A stretch of DNA of 64,000 nucleotides, taken from positions 21,499-85,498 of the forward strand of contig JAUYMS010000040.1 of NCBI GenBank assembly GCA_030698625.1. The letters are read 5' to 3'. The DNA comes from Candidatus Omnitrophota bacterium (GTDB taxonomy: Bacteria; Omnitrophota; Omnitrophia; Omnitrophales; Aquincolibacteriaceae). The notes under the pieces were generated by a model. The model did no database searches and was not told the origin of the DNA. It worked only from the letters and a program-made list of their open reading frames with translations. This document shows, one piece after another, positions 10,063-20,430 of this stretch (position 1 is the first letter of the stretch; every line of letters starts with the position of its first letter). The translations under genes and the position numbers were made by a program.

Positions 10063-11684
10063 TACTTCAGGGCACTCCACTTCTTTTCAGTATAGGCGCG
10101 CGTATCGTTCTTATTGAACTCGTAATTATACTTCGCAGCGAGCTCTGCAATTTCCGTTCCCCTCCACAGCCCCGGGACATCAATCAGGCCCTGTTTATAG
10201 GACATACGGAACAGATTCACTGAAGGATCAATGAACCCTTGGCGCACGCACTCCGTTAAAAGCTCCGAGCCTACGATCGGAACCGCAGCAAAGAAAGACG
10301 CACTGCTAAATTCACACTCCTGAGCAAAACGGTAGGTTGTTGCCATCTCTTCAAGGGTCTCGCCTTCATGCCCGAACATGGGCGGCATGCCGATGATGAA
10401 GTAGCCGTGCACGTGAAGACCGATCTGGCGGGCATATTTTATAAGGTGTTTAGTCTTCTCGAGATCAAGAGGCTTCTTTATGAGCTGGTCAAGGACACGC
10501 TGCACACCGCTCTCGATCGCGAACGTCAGCTGATAGGCACCGGAGGCCACCATCAAATCGAGTAGCTCTTCATCCATTCGCCAGAGCGCCGTGCCTTGCG
10601 GGGTTTGCCAAGGCAGGCCGATCTCCCGAAAAGAACGGAAAAGAATTTTCGCATGTTTCATGTCGTTGGTGATGTTGTCATCCTGAACATGGAACTCATT
10701 GATGCCGTACTGTTCCTTCAGCGCAATGATCTCTTCGACCACGTTCTCGGGACTGCGCCGCCTGAGTTTATTGCCCCAAAAATTGGTCGTGGTGCAAAAG
10801 GTGCAGTGTGCGCTGCATCCGCGGCTCGTGTAAATCTGTGCGACTCGGTCGCCCTTCGTGTAGGGAGACTGATAGGCGCGGTAATCAAAATATTTTTCCA
10901 TGTCATAAAGATGCCACGCGGGAAAGGGGATCTGATCCAATTCAGACCAATTATTCAAATCGTTCTTGGACCGTGAACTTATGAGCACGTTTTCGGAATT
11001 GATCTTGATTTCATCGCCCTGACGAAAAGCGATGCTCCCGATCTTTTCGACATCGTAGTTACCGTTAAGATGTTCGAGATATTGGAGAAACGTCAATTCC
11101 GACTCGCCCAAAAATACGACATCAAGATTAGGATCCGAGAGGCAGGCTTTGGGAAAGTAACGGGCATGAGCGCCGCCAATCGCCGTAACCACCCCGGGCT
11201 TGGCTTGTTTGGCAAGCTTCAGGAGGTTTTGGACATTGTCAGCTTGATTGCTGAAGATGCTTGAGACCCCAACGACGTCAGGGTTGAACTCGCGTATCGC
11301 CTCGATAACCCCTTCATCGTGAAGTCCGTAACTGATGAAGTTTCCCTCCGCATCAATGGGAATACCGTCATTGTAACCCTCAGCAAAAACATCAAGAATT
11401 TTGACGGTGTATTCATGATTCTCCAGCACGGCCGCGATGTAGCCGATGCCGAGGGGATAGGTGCATCTGGGGTAATCGTTTTTGAAGAGGGTCGCGGCCG
11501 GATTAAGAAGGAAGACGCGGTTAAACTTGCGGCGATGGGGGGAAGTTATAGCCTGGGGCATTGTGACCCATTTGCCGACTTTTGGGGTCCCCGGATCAAT
11601 CTCTTGCTTCCCGAGAGACCCCACCGTTAGACGTTGTTCATAACTCATGGTGGGCATTATAGGGATTCCTCGGCTCATTTCCAA
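10059..11684 (-). CDS. Cobalamin-binding radical SAM protein #2 (true start may be ATG at 11657)
   Basis: [37 protein letters not shown]. Confidence 0.92.
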   Translation of the reverse strand: MEMSRGIPIMPTMSYEQRLTVGSLGKQEIDPGTPKVGKWVTMPQAITSPHRRKFNRVFLLNPAATLFKNDYPRCTYPLGIGYIAAVLENHEYTVKILDVFAEGYNDGIPIDAEGNFISYGLHDEGVIEAIREFNPDVVGVSSIFSNQADNVQNLLKLAKQAKPGVVTAIGGAHARYFPKACLSDPNLDVVFLGESELTFLQYLEHLNGNYDVEKIGSIAFRQGDEIKINSENVLISSRSKNDLNNWSELDQIPFPAWHLYDMEKYFDYRAYQSPYTKGDRVAQIYTSRGCSAHCTFCTTTNFWGNKLRRRSPENVVEEIIALKEQYGINEFHVQDDNITNDMKHAKILFRSFREIGLPWQTPQGTALWRMDEELLDLMVASGAYQLTFAIESGVQRVLDQLIKKPLDLEKTKHLIKYARQIGLHVHGYFIIGMPPMFGHEGETLEEMATTYRFAQECEFSSASFFAAVPIVGSELLTECVRQGFIDPSVNLFRMSYKQGLIDVPGLWRGTEIAELAAKYNYEFNKNDTRAYTEKKWSALKY

Positions 11685-11737
11685 GGAGTGTTTTGTAACA
11701 TATTGTTATGAAATGAGTTAGGGGTAGTTTTAAGGCT

Positions 11738-11766
11738 TTGACGGTGTCGCCTATATTCGCTATCAT
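11738..11766 (+). promoter_or_regulatory. Putative sigma70 promoter of the pepM operon
   Basis: TTGACG-17 bp-TATCAT, 45 bp upstream of ATG 11812. Confidence 0.65.
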
Positions 11767-11811
11767 AGGCACCTATTCCACCGAGTGCCGGAGAGGGGCT
11801 ATCGTCCTATA

Positions 11812-13500
11812 ATGAACAGAAAAACCACCCAACTGCGCCAGCTCTTTTCGCGGGGCGGCATCATCCGCGTTATGGGAGCGCACGACGGTTTAGGTGCGCG
11901 CCTCATCGAGCGCAATGGTTTCGATGCCGTCTGGTCGAGCGGACTGGAAATCTCCACAGCGCATGCACTCCCCGACGCCAATCTCCTAACCATGACTGAG
12001 AATCTGGCTGCAGCACAAGGCATTAACGATGCCACCCATCTACCCGTCATCTGCGATTGCGATACCGGATACGGCAACTCAACCAATGTCATGCACATGG
12101 TTAAGAAATACGAAGCTGCCGGACTGGCGGCCGTCGTGATTGAAGATAAACGTTTTCCTAAAATAAACAGCTTTATTCCCGGCAGACAGGAACTTGCAGG
12201 GATCCATGAATTCGCAGGCAAACTTCAGGCGGCAAAGAGCGTTCAAAATGATCCTGATTTTATGGTCATTGCGCGCACCGAAGCGCTCATCGCCGGATGG
12301 GGAATGGATGAGGCATTGCGGCGCGCGATTGCCTACGAGCAGGCGGGCGCGGATGCGATTGTCATTCATTCCCGGTCCCGCATGCCGGACGAAGTCTATG
12401 AATTTGCTTCTAAGTGGAAGGGGTCGGTTCCCTTGATCGCCATCCCCACGATGTATCCCGATGTGACCGCAGCTCAACTTGAAGCCGCCGGTTACGGCAT
12501 GGTCATCTATGCCAATCACGGTCTACGGGCATCGATACGCGCCATGGATGAAGTCATGCGACTGATTGCGGAAACGGGATCTTTGACCGCCGTTGAGGGA
12601 AAGATCGCCGGGATGGATGAGGTTTTTGAAATTCAGCGTATGACTGCCATGCGGGAAGACGAGAAGAGATTTACGGGAAGGGAGTCGTTAAATGCTGTGA
12701 TCCCGGCGGCCGGCAATCACGCCCTCGAATCCGATTTGGGAGATGTCCTCGGAGACAAACCCGTTTGCATGCTGAATGTCGGCGCCAAAACACTCATTGA
12801 CCGGCAGACGGATCTATTGCGCTCGGCGGGAGTCAGCGACATTTGGATCGTGGGCGGTCATCAGCATGACAAAATCCGCTCCGATGGTTCTCATATCATT
12901 CACAATCCCCGATACGACACTTGTCATAATGCCTACTCACTGATGCAGGCCGAAGCGCATATGGGGACACGATGCGTCGTGGCTTATTCGGATATCATTT
13001 ATGATCGCCAAATTCTTAATCATCTGCTCATGAGTCCGCATGACATTACACTCGTTATGGATCGTGCGTATCAGACGCTTCCGGCGCGAGATAAAAAACA
13101 TGATTTGGTGATCGCAGAAAATTCATCCGTGGGGTTTGAGTCGCGGCGGCTCGACGCCAGTCTCTTCCTTCCGGTGCGCCGTATCGGAAAGGAACTCGAC
13201 AAGGCTCGGGCCAATTATGAATTCATCGGACTGGCCTTATTTCAGGGGCAGGGCATTCATGAACTGCGAGCGGCCTGGCGTGACGCACTATCGAAATTCC
13301 GGGACAAGCAGTTTAACGAGGCCCCCTCGGCCGAAAAGGCTAGTTTGCCGGACCTGATTCAGTATCTCATTGAACGCGGTGCCGGCGTGTATGGCATGCA
13401 GATTGAGCACGGCTGGTCCGAGATTCAATCGAAAGAGGACTACCGCCGCGTAGACTCTTATTTTCAGCCGTCTTCGGCTCAGCCGTCTCAAGTCGTATGA
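11812..13500 (+). CDS. pepM: Phosphoenolpyruvate mutase fused to C-terminal NTP-transferase (PntC/LicC-like) domain
   Basis: ICL/PEPM fold with diagnostic EDKRFPKINS (EDKx5NS) at 12142-12171, DCDTGYG, GADAIVIHS; C-terminal VIPAAG...YSDI...WSEI domain. Confidence 0.95.
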   Translation: MNRKTTQLRQLFSRGGIIRVMGAHDGLGARLIERNGFDAVWSSGLEISTAHALPDANLLTMTENLAAAQGINDATHLPVICDCDTGYGNSTNVMHMVKKYEAAGLAAVVIEDKRFPKINSFIPGRQELAGIHEFAGKLQAAKSVQNDPDFMVIARTEALIAGWGMDEALRRAIAYEQAGADAIVIHSRSRMPDEVYEFASKWKGSVPLIAIPTMYPDVTAAQLEAAGYGMVIYANHGLRASIRAMDEVMRLIAETGSLTAVEGKIAGMDEVFEIQRMTAMREDEKRFTGRESLNAVIPAAGNHALESDLGDVLGDKPVCMLNVGAKTLIDRQTDLLRSAGVSDIWIVGGHQHDKIRSDGSHIIHNPRYDTCHNAYSLMQAEAHMGTRCVVAYSDIIYDRQILNHLLMSPHDITLVMDRAYQTLPARDKKHDLVIAENSSVGFESRRLDASLFLPVRRIGKELDKARANYEFIGLALFQGQGIHELRAAWRDALSKFRDKQFNEAPSAEKASLPDLIQYLIERGAGVYGMQIEHGWSEIQSKEDYRRVDSYFQPSSAQPSQVV

Positions 13501-14606
13501 TCGAATCCGGCACGTTCGTGCAACAACTCAAGAATGAAGGTTTTCGTTTTTTTACGGGCGTGCCTTGTTCCTTCTTTCAATCTGCGATCAACGCTGTGGT
13601 TGACGACAAGTCTTTGAAGTATGTCACCGTACCAAACGAAGGCGCGGCCTTGGCTGCGGCATCGGGCGCCATACTTGCCGGAGAACCCGCTGTAGTCCTA
13701 ATTCAGAACTCCGGTTTTGGCAATTTGATCAACCCGCTGACATCGCTGAATATGATTTATGGGCTGGGTGTTCTTATATTTATCAGCGGGCGCGCCTATG
13801 GCGTCGCCGATGAACCGCAACACGAAATTATCGGTAAGTCTATGGCAGGAATGCTCGACGCGATGGGTGTTGCTTTCGAAGACCTGCCTTCCGAGCCCGA
13901 GGCGCTACGGTCTGCTTTGGGACGTGCGCACCTGTGGATCCGGAACGAAAAGCAGCCCTTTGTTTTCTTTGTGCGCAAGGACACCCTTTTGGAATACGCC
14001 GGGCCATCCGGCAAAGACGTCTACCCGCTAAAACGAATTGATGCCATAAAGATCATTGCGGAATCGATAGGGGACAATGACTATGTCGTTGCGACCACGG
14101 GCAAGCCGTCACGCGAACTCTTCAAGATCAAGGATAGGGTCCGCAATTTTTACATGCAGGGTTCCATGGGGCATGCGGCGGCAATTGGTTTGGGGGCTGC
14201 ACTCAGTCGTCCGGATGAGAGGATTATCGTCCTGGACGGTGACGGCGCCATTTTGATGCACCTCGGTATCCTCTCTTCGATTGGGCATTACCGGCCAAAG
14301 AACTTCTATCATATTGTTCTCGACAACGAGGCTTACGAATCAACGGGCGGCCAAGATACGACCTCTGCCTCCTCCGATTTGTGCGCTGTGGCGCATGCAT
14401 GCGGCTATGTTTGGACTAAAGAAACGTCTACAGCAGATGAGTTAAAGCGCAGCCTTGAAGAGCTCAAAGGAATTGAAGGGCCGTGTTTTTTAAGAGTTAA
14501 GATCAACCGTATTGCTACACCCGATGTCCCGCGCATATCGGGAAAGCACAGTTCACGTGATATCGCCTCGCATTTCTCCGAAGAACTGGCCAGGGGGCGC
14601 ACTTGA
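13497..14606 (+). CDS. ppd: Phosphonopyruvate decarboxylase
   Basis: FTGVPCS, NEGAA, QNSGFGN, DEPQH, GSMGH, DGDGA TPP motif, ESTGGQ; ATGA-coupled to pepM. Confidence 0.95.
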   Translation: MIESGTFVQQLKNEGFRFFTGVPCSFFQSAINAVVDDKSLKYVTVPNEGAALAAASGAILAGEPAVVLIQNSGFGNLINPLTSLNMIYGLGVLIFISGRAYGVADEPQHEIIGKSMAGMLDAMGVAFEDLPSEPEALRSALGRAHLWIRNEKQPFVFFVRKDTLLEYAGPSGKDVYPLKRIDAIKIIAESIGDNDYVVATTGKPSRELFKIKDRVRNFYMQGSMGHAAAIGLGAALSRPDERIIVLDGDGAILMHLGILSSIGHYRPKNFYHIVLDNEAYESTGGQDTTSASSDLCAVAHACGYVWTKETSTADELKRSLEELKGIEGPCFLRVKINRIATPDVPRISGKHSSRDIASHFSEELARGRT

Positions 14607-15739
14607 GTTGCGCTTACTGGAATCCTACGCGCCGTCTCATAGAAGAAGGTGCCCTCGACAAACTGGCTGAAGAACTATCAGCTTCCGGTGCCGCAAAGGT
14701 ATTGGTCGTGCTCGGCGAAAAATCATTTCGTAAGTCGATTCGCTACACAAAACTGCGCGATACGTTGGAACACTTTTCCCTTGTCGAATCTGAGCCCGTC
14801 GTCAAAGACCCTTCACTGGTATTCGCACAGTCATTTGCCGAAAAGTATCGCGGCAAGGCTATTGATAGCGTCGTGGCAATTGGCGGGGGCAGCGTCATGG
14901 ATATGGCGAAACTGACGGCGCTCCTGCTCAATCAGCCGGATGACACGTGGAACACTTTTTGGCGTGATCCGGTGGTACCGATTGAGTTTCCAAATGCGTC
15001 ACTCCCGCTCGTCGCGGTTCCTACAACGGCGGGCACGGGGAGCGAAGTCACTCAATACGCCTCTTTTGAGGATCACCAGCATCAAAAGATGAGCTTTGCT
15101 CACCCTTATCTTTTCCCAAAGCTTGCGCTCGTGGATCCTGAATTGGCCGTTTCGATGCCGCCTGCGATTACGGCCTCGACAGGATTTGACGCACTATCGC
15201 AAGCGATCGAGGCCTATTGGTCCATCCATCATATGCCTTCCTCAGACACCCATGCACTGCGGGCTATCCCGTTGGTTTTAGAACAGCTTCAGCGTGCCGT
15301 CGAAAAACCTGCCGATAGGGATGCTCGTTTCGCCATGGCAATTGCAGGCAACGAGGGGGGCCTAGCCATCGCACAGACACGGACGACAGCAGTTCATTCG
15401 GTTTCTTATCCCATGACGACGATATTTCACGTGCCGCATGGCCACGCTTGCGCCTTGACGCTTGCCTCATTCGTACGGTTCAACCAGGATGCGATTGAGC
15501 ACGAGCGAGCCGCCGCACTTTGGAGAGCTCTCGGGGCGGAGAACGCTGAAATGGCCGCTAAGCACATTGAGGGCCTTATGGATAATGTCGGACTCGAGCG
15601 CCGACTGAGTCAAGTAGGCATTGATGAGGAAGGACTGGAGTCCATTGTAAAATATGGGTTTAGACCGGATCGTGTAAAGAATAACCCAAGAGAACTCAAT
15701 GCCTCTCAATTAAGAACAATGCTTGTGGAAATTCTTTGA
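14603..15739 (+). CDS. Iron-containing alcohol dehydrogenase, probable phosphonoacetaldehyde reductase (PhpC/FomC-like)
   Basis: GGGSVMD, PTTAGTGSE, DALSQAIE, TTAVHSVSYP, HGHA; third gene of pepM-ppd operon. Confidence 0.9.
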   Translation: MSCAYWNPTRRLIEEGALDKLAEELSASGAAKVLVVLGEKSFRKSIRYTKLRDTLEHFSLVESEPVVKDPSLVFAQSFAEKYRGKAIDSVVAIGGGSVMDMAKLTALLLNQPDDTWNTFWRDPVVPIEFPNASLPLVAVPTTAGTGSEVTQYASFEDHQHQKMSFAHPYLFPKLALVDPELAVSMPPAITASTGFDALSQAIEAYWSIHHMPSSDTHALRAIPLVLEQLQRAVEKPADRDARFAMAIAGNEGGLAIAQTRTTAVHSVSYPMTTIFHVPHGHACALTLASFVRFNQDAIEHERAAALWRALGAENAEMAAKHIEGLMDNVGLERRLSQVGIDEEGLESIVKYGFRPDRVKNNPRELNASQLRTMLVEIL

Positions 15740-15744
15740 CGCGA

Positions 15745-15773
15745 AACATGTCTTCAAGTCGAGACTTGACCCC
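15745..15773 (+). repeat. Orphan REP-like hairpin repeat, copy 2
   Basis: AACATGTCTTCAAGTCGAGACTTGACCCC, identical to 22140-22168; begins 5 bp after ADH stop. Confidence 0.95.
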
Positions 15774-15793
15774 TCGTGATTTTTCGCTAGACT
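15766..15793 (+). promoter_or_regulatory. Possible promoter with -35 supplied by the repeat
   Basis: TTGACC (in repeat)-16 bp-TAGACT, 45 bp upstream of ATG 15839. Confidence 0.45.
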
Positions 15794-15838
15794 ATACGAA
15801 ATCTTCAGTTATGGCGACTGGAACCGATATAAAGAGAT

Positions 15839-17377
15839 ATGACTAAGAGCGCTGAAAAACCTACGATTTGCCTGATTATACCCCCGTCGATTTTTCTGTT
15901 GGACGAGCGGGTCTTCATTAGCGTCGGCATTCTCAAGATTGCGGCGGTTCTAGAGAGGGAACATTACCCTGTGGACGTGCTAGACCTCTCGGGCGTTGAA
16001 AACTATGAAGCCGTTATTGAAGACCACATTAATAACAGCCCGGCCCGAATCTTTGGCGTTACGTCGACAACCCCGCAAATGCCGGCTACCGCGAGAATCG
16101 CAAGGCTAATTCGTAAGCTCGTTCCTGAAGGCAGATTGATTCTTGGCGGACCTCACGCAACGTTGGTCCATTCTGCTTTCAAGAAGGAAAGCATCGAAGG
16201 GAAAAAGGGGCGGGGAACAGTTGCTATGGATAGCATTCTAGCACTCTATGACGTTGCCGTAGTCGGTGACGGTGAAGACGCCATCTTTGAAGCCATTGCT
16301 GAAAATCCGTCGCAGATCGTGGACGCAAATGACCGCACATCCAGGCTTTTTTTGACTAACCAAAGATATGACAGCCTTCCGTTTCCCGCGCGCCATCTCA
16401 TCGATATCGACAGCTATCATTATTTTATAGAGGGACATCGCACGACAAGCCTTATTGCTCAGCTTGGCTGCCCCTTTGAATGCGGTTTCTGCGGGGGACG
16501 GCAATCGCCGATGTTGAGAAATATCCGTATGCGCAGTATGGACAGCATCATTGAAGAGATGCGGCACATCCATGTCACCTACGGGCATACCGGATTCATG
16601 TTTCACGATGACGAACTTAATGTGAATCCGAAAATGATCGAGCTTATGACCAAAATCGTTGACCTGCAAAAGGAACTCGGGGTTGATTTTCGGCTTCGCG
16701 GGTTTGTTAAAGCGGAACTCTTCAATGACCGGCAGGCGGAAGTGATGATGAAGGCCGGTTTCCGCTGGCTCCTGACCGGTTTTGAATCGGGAGACCGCAG
16801 GATCTTGACGAATATTAACAAAAAGGCGACCCGTGAAGACAATTCGCGCGCCGTACAGATCGCCAAAAAACAGGGCCTTAAAGTTAAAGCGCTTATGTCT
16901 ATCGGGCATCCCGGCGAAAGCGAAGAGTCCGTCATGGCCACACGCGACTGGCTACTTGAAGCAGAACCGGAGGATTTTGACGTCACCATTATTACCACTT
17001 ATCCGGGCACGCCTTATTATGATTTTGCCGTACCGCATCCGGAAAAACATGGGATCTGGGTCTACACCTACAAGAAAACAGGGGACAAGCTCTACAGCCT
17101 TGAAGTCGATTACAATGAAGTAGCCGATTACTACAAAGGAGATCCTGACGGCGGCTATAAATCGTATGTGTATACCGACCACTTGAGTCAGAATGACCTG
17201 GTCGATTTGCGTGATTTTGTAGAAAGAGATGTTCGGGATCGCCTTGAAATTCCTTTCTACGCTGGTTCGCCCAGCATCCGCTATGAGCACTCTATGGGCC
17301 AATTCGGCAAACAGCTCCCGCCCAATATCCTAAGGCGTTCCGGCGGGGGTGCCCATGAAAAGCTGCCCGTCAGTTAG
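15839..17377 (+). CDS. Cobalamin-binding radical SAM protein #3
   Basis: GILKIAA, GGPH, GDGE, AQLGCPFECGFC, DDELN, GFESG, YPGTPYY. Confidence 0.92.
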   Translation: MTKSAEKPTICLIIPPSIFLLDERVFISVGILKIAAVLEREHYPVDVLDLSGVENYEAVIEDHINNSPARIFGVTSTTPQMPATARIARLIRKLVPEGRLILGGPHATLVHSAFKKESIEGKKGRGTVAMDSILALYDVAVVGDGEDAIFEAIAENPSQIVDANDRTSRLFLTNQRYDSLPFPARHLIDIDSYHYFIEGHRTTSLIAQLGCPFECGFCGGRQSPMLRNIRMRSMDSIIEEMRHIHVTYGHTGFMFHDDELNVNPKMIELMTKIVDLQKELGVDFRLRGFVKAELFNDRQAEVMMKAGFRWLLTGFESGDRRILTNINKKATREDNSRAVQIAKKQGLKVKALMSIGHPGESEESVMATRDWLLEAEPEDFDVTIITTYPGTPYYDFAVPHPEKHGIWVYTYKKTGDKLYSLEVDYNEVADYYKGDPDGGYKSYVYTDHLSQNDLVDLRDFVERDVRDRLEIPFYAGSPSIRYEHSMGQFGKQLPPNILRRSGGGAHEKLPVS

Positions 17378-17388
17378 AATCTGCGACC

Positions 17389-18345
17389 GTGTTCCTGATT
17401 GATTCTTACATCCGAGACCGCCTTGTAAGAAAGGTGCGTGCAAAGAAAGAAAAAATCGCCCGTTTGGGAACTCCCTATACAGAGAATCCCAAAGTTTCAG
17501 CGGTTGTCACCTCGTACAATCACAGGGCCAACATCAAGCCGATTCTCGAAGCTTACAGAGCCGCAGACCTTGAGGAATTGATCGTTTGCGAAGATGGTTC
17601 CCTCGACGGCTCCCGCGACGAATGGCTCAAGCATCTGCTTAGGCCGAATGATTTCCTGATTGTCTCCAACGAACTGAATGAACTTCGGATCTACAATCGC
17701 GCCATCAGTCTCGCTCGCGGAGAAATAGTGATCGTCAATCAGGACGACGATATTCCCCCCCAAGACGCAAGTTGGATTCGTGATGCGGTACGCCTTTTCG
17801 ACAAGTATCCGCGGTTGGCGATTTTGGGTGCGTTGGAGGGCGCTCAACAGCCAATCTTTACCCTCGACAATTACTACCGCGTCAAATCTCTGGCTGAGCG
17901 TCTCGGGCAGGCAAAATTCAGAATACCCCGTAAAGAGATACAACATCGCGATCCCGAACTCGGAGTCGGTTTTATGTTCATCGATGTCGTCAATAACGGG
18001 CCGCTGATCTTCCGCAGACAGGCTTATCTCGAACTCGGAGGCCTGGATACGTCTCGTAGTAAGGCAGGGGAATCCATGATGTTTATGGATTACGATCTTT
18101 GTTATCGTGCTTGGCTTGCCGGTTGGCAGGTGGGGCTCTATGAGCACGCTCCGTTTGTGACCAATGCGGGCCAGCGAGCCTCGGTTCTTTTTGCCCATGG
18201 GGATCGTAAGAAGCGCGGGAAGGAAACTCGCGAATACCTGAATCAAGCTTATTCACACGTCTATGAGGATGTCGGGAGCCGGGCACGTCGGTTGAACGAG
18301 GAGTTTCTCACCTTGGCTGATCACAAAGAAACGGTGAATAGTTGA
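17389..18345 (+). CDS. Glycosyltransferase family 2
   Basis: VSAVVTSYN, EDGSLDGS, QDDD, GGLD, DYDLCYRA; paralog of 28811-29737. Confidence 0.88.
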   Translation: MFLIDSYIRDRLVRKVRAKKEKIARLGTPYTENPKVSAVVTSYNHRANIKPILEAYRAADLEELIVCEDGSLDGSRDEWLKHLLRPNDFLIVSNELNELRIYNRAISLARGEIVIVNQDDDIPPQDASWIRDAVRLFDKYPRLAILGALEGAQQPIFTLDNYYRVKSLAERLGQAKFRIPRKEIQHRDPELGVGFMFIDVVNNGPLIFRRQAYLELGGLDTSRSKAGESMMFMDYDLCYRAWLAGWQVGLYEHAPFVTNAGQRASVLFAHGDRKKRGKETREYLNQAYSHVYEDVGSRARRLNEEFLTLADHKETVNS

Positions 18346-19691
18346 AACCTACGGTTCAGAGGAATGTCTCGGTTGTTGGGCTCGGAAAGCTCGGGTTTCC
18401 GTTCTCTGTTTGTCTTGCCAATAAGGGATTTAACGTCTGGGCCGTCGACAACGATGCCGTAAAATTACGCACCCTCAAGGCTGGGCATTCGATGCAGTAT
18501 GAACCGGGCTTGCGGGCGTTATGGCACAAGTCACGCAAGCGGGTGCACCTCACCGCAGATTACGCGGAAGCGATAGCGAATACTAATATTACATTCGTGG
18601 TAGTTCCTACCCCGAGCAAGAAGGACGGCAGCTTTACATCCCGTTATGTTCTGGACGCCTGCCGCAAAATCGGAAAAGTCCTGAAGGATAAAAAACGTTT
18701 TCATTTAGTCGTCATCACAAGCACCGTGGTTCCGGGCACGGTGGACACGAAAATCCGGTCTGCTCTCGAGGCCGAATCCCGCAAGAAGTGCGGTGCCGGA
18801 TTCGGCCTTTGCTACAATCCGGAGTTTATCGCATTAGGCAGCGTCATCCACGACCTGTACCACCCCGATTTCGTTCTCATCGGCGAGTCTGACAAAAAGT
18901 CGGGGGACCTTCTGTCTACCGTGTACGCGAAATTCTGCGGGAAGCATGTCCCGCTTGCCAGAATGAACTTCAGTAATGCGGAGCTGACAAAACTGACGCT
19001 GAATGCCTTCGTCACAATGAAGATATCCTACGCCAATATGATTAAACAGTTCTGCGAGGGACTTCCCGGCGGAAATGTGGATGTGGTGACCGGTGCCCTC
19101 GGACTCGACAGGCGCATCGGCTCCCGCTACTTGAAGGGCGGCCTCGGCTACGGGGGCCCATGCTTCCCAAGAGACAATCTGGCATTACTGCATACGGCCC
19201 ATAAGATGTCTGTGAGGGGGAGTCTTCCGGAGGCCACGCACGAATTCAACAAACGTGAGATTCACCGCCTAGCCAAGCTTGTGATCGAAAAGCTGCCGCG
19301 AGGAGGCAAGGTCGGAATTCTGGGTCTTTCTTACAAGCCGAACACGAATGTTGCCGATGAAGCCCAGGGCGTTTTGCTGGCACGTTTTCTGGCGCGCAAA
19401 CGTATTCCCGTAATTGTGTATGACCCCGTAGCCACCGATAACGCCCGTAAATTACTCACATCAAGAGTTGAATTTGCCTCATCAAAGGCCGAATGCTTGT
19501 CGCAGGCAGATATCGCTGTCATCACGACTCCGTGGGAAAGATTCAAGCGCTTGAGGGGCACGGACTTTAAGCGATCAAAGCGCAAGCCGATCGTGATTGA
19601 TTGCTGGCGTATTCTGGACACCGCCAAGCTCCGGAACCATGTGGAGTACTTGCCGCTCGGCGTCGGGCGAGAAATAACGGTTCACACATAG
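18342..19691 (+). CDS. UDP-glucose/GDP-mannose dehydrogenase family protein
   Basis: VVGLGKLG, VVPTP, STVVPGT, YNPEF, AELTK, GYGGPCFPRD, LGLSYKP. Confidence 0.93.
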   Translation: MKPTVQRNVSVVGLGKLGFPFSVCLANKGFNVWAVDNDAVKLRTLKAGHSMQYEPGLRALWHKSRKRVHLTADYAEAIANTNITFVVVPTPSKKDGSFTSRYVLDACRKIGKVLKDKKRFHLVVITSTVVPGTVDTKIRSALEAESRKKCGAGFGLCYNPEFIALGSVIHDLYHPDFVLIGESDKKSGDLLSTVYAKFCGKHVPLARMNFSNAELTKLTLNAFVTMKISYANMIKQFCEGLPGGNVDVVTGALGLDRRIGSRYLKGGLGYGGPCFPRDNLALLHTAHKMSVRGSLPEATHEFNKREIHRLAKLVIEKLPRGGKVGILGLSYKPNTNVADEAQGVLLARFLARKRIPVIVYDPVATDNARKLLTSRVEFASSKAECLSQADIAVITTPWERFKRLRGTDFKRSKRKPIVIDCWRILDTAKLRNHVEYLPLGVGREITVHT

Positions 19692-19692
19692 A

Positions 19693-20427
19693 ATGAACGC
19701 ACATGATCCGCTTTACATTTTCTTTCATATTCACAAAACAGCGGGCACAACGTTTGCGATGCATTTGCAGGAAAATCTGGCCGGGGATGAACGCCTAGCT
19801 GTTTATCTGAAATCGGTTGAAGTGGATGCCTTTAATGATTCGCTTGCGCAAATGCCACCGGCTCAAAAGGGTAGACTAAAAGTAATTTACGGGCATCGGG
19901 TCTACGACGGTATTCATAAACATTTTAACCGCGAGGCCCGGTATTTCACTTTTCTCCGCGACCCCGTCGCCCGCACCCTTTCACACTACAATGGGCAGAT
20001 GCAGTTACTGGAGAAACGACACTATAAGAAGACCCCGGGCTTACCCTTCCGGCCCCAACCTTTTAAAGAATGGCTCTTCTCGGACACATCGCAGTGGAAT
20101 GCAATGGCCCAGGAACTCATCCGAGTCTTTTTACAAACGCATGTAGTCCGTGAAGAAATGAACGAGACACATCTCAATACGGCAAAAGGAGTCCTCGACC
20201 GGTTCTTTTTTGTGGGAGCTACGGAGCATTACGAGGAAGATGCGTCTTATTTGTATAATCTGATGGGAATCACCAAGTTTGTGCCTGATTGCCGAGTCAC
20301 CCTAAAATCGTACTACGAGGGGGATCCGGAGGAGGCCAGGCAATGGATACGGCAGAAAGCCCCCCTAGATGTCGCCTTATACTCCCACGCCCTCCGGCTC
20401 AGGCGCAGGAGCCAAGTCACAACTTGA
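19693..20427 (+). CDS. Sulfotransferase (family 2-like)
   Basis: 5'-PSB HIHKTAGTT, 3'-PB LRDPVARTLSHY; paralog of 43439-44422. Confidence 0.85.
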   Translation: MNAHDPLYIFFHIHKTAGTTFAMHLQENLAGDERLAVYLKSVEVDAFNDSLAQMPPAQKGRLKVIYGHRVYDGIHKHFNREARYFTFLRDPVARTLSHYNGQMQLLEKRHYKKTPGLPFRPQPFKEWLFSDTSQWNAMAQELIRVFLQTHVVREEMNETHLNTAKGVLDRFFFVGATEHYEEDASYLYNLMGITKFVPDCRVTLKSYYEGDPEEARQWIRQKAPLDVALYSHALRLRRRSQVTT

Positions 20428-20430
20428 ATA

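Noticed and set aside
11812-12680. Isocitrate or methylisocitrate lyase instead of PEP mutase
   Set aside because: Has EDKx5NS, lacks the KKCGH lyase motif, and is coupled to ppd
7637-17377. Fosfomycin or other secreted phosphonate antibiotic cluster
   Set aside because: No Fom4-like epoxidase, FomA/B kinases, NRPS or ATP-grasp ligases recognised; context is entirely glycan synthesis and export
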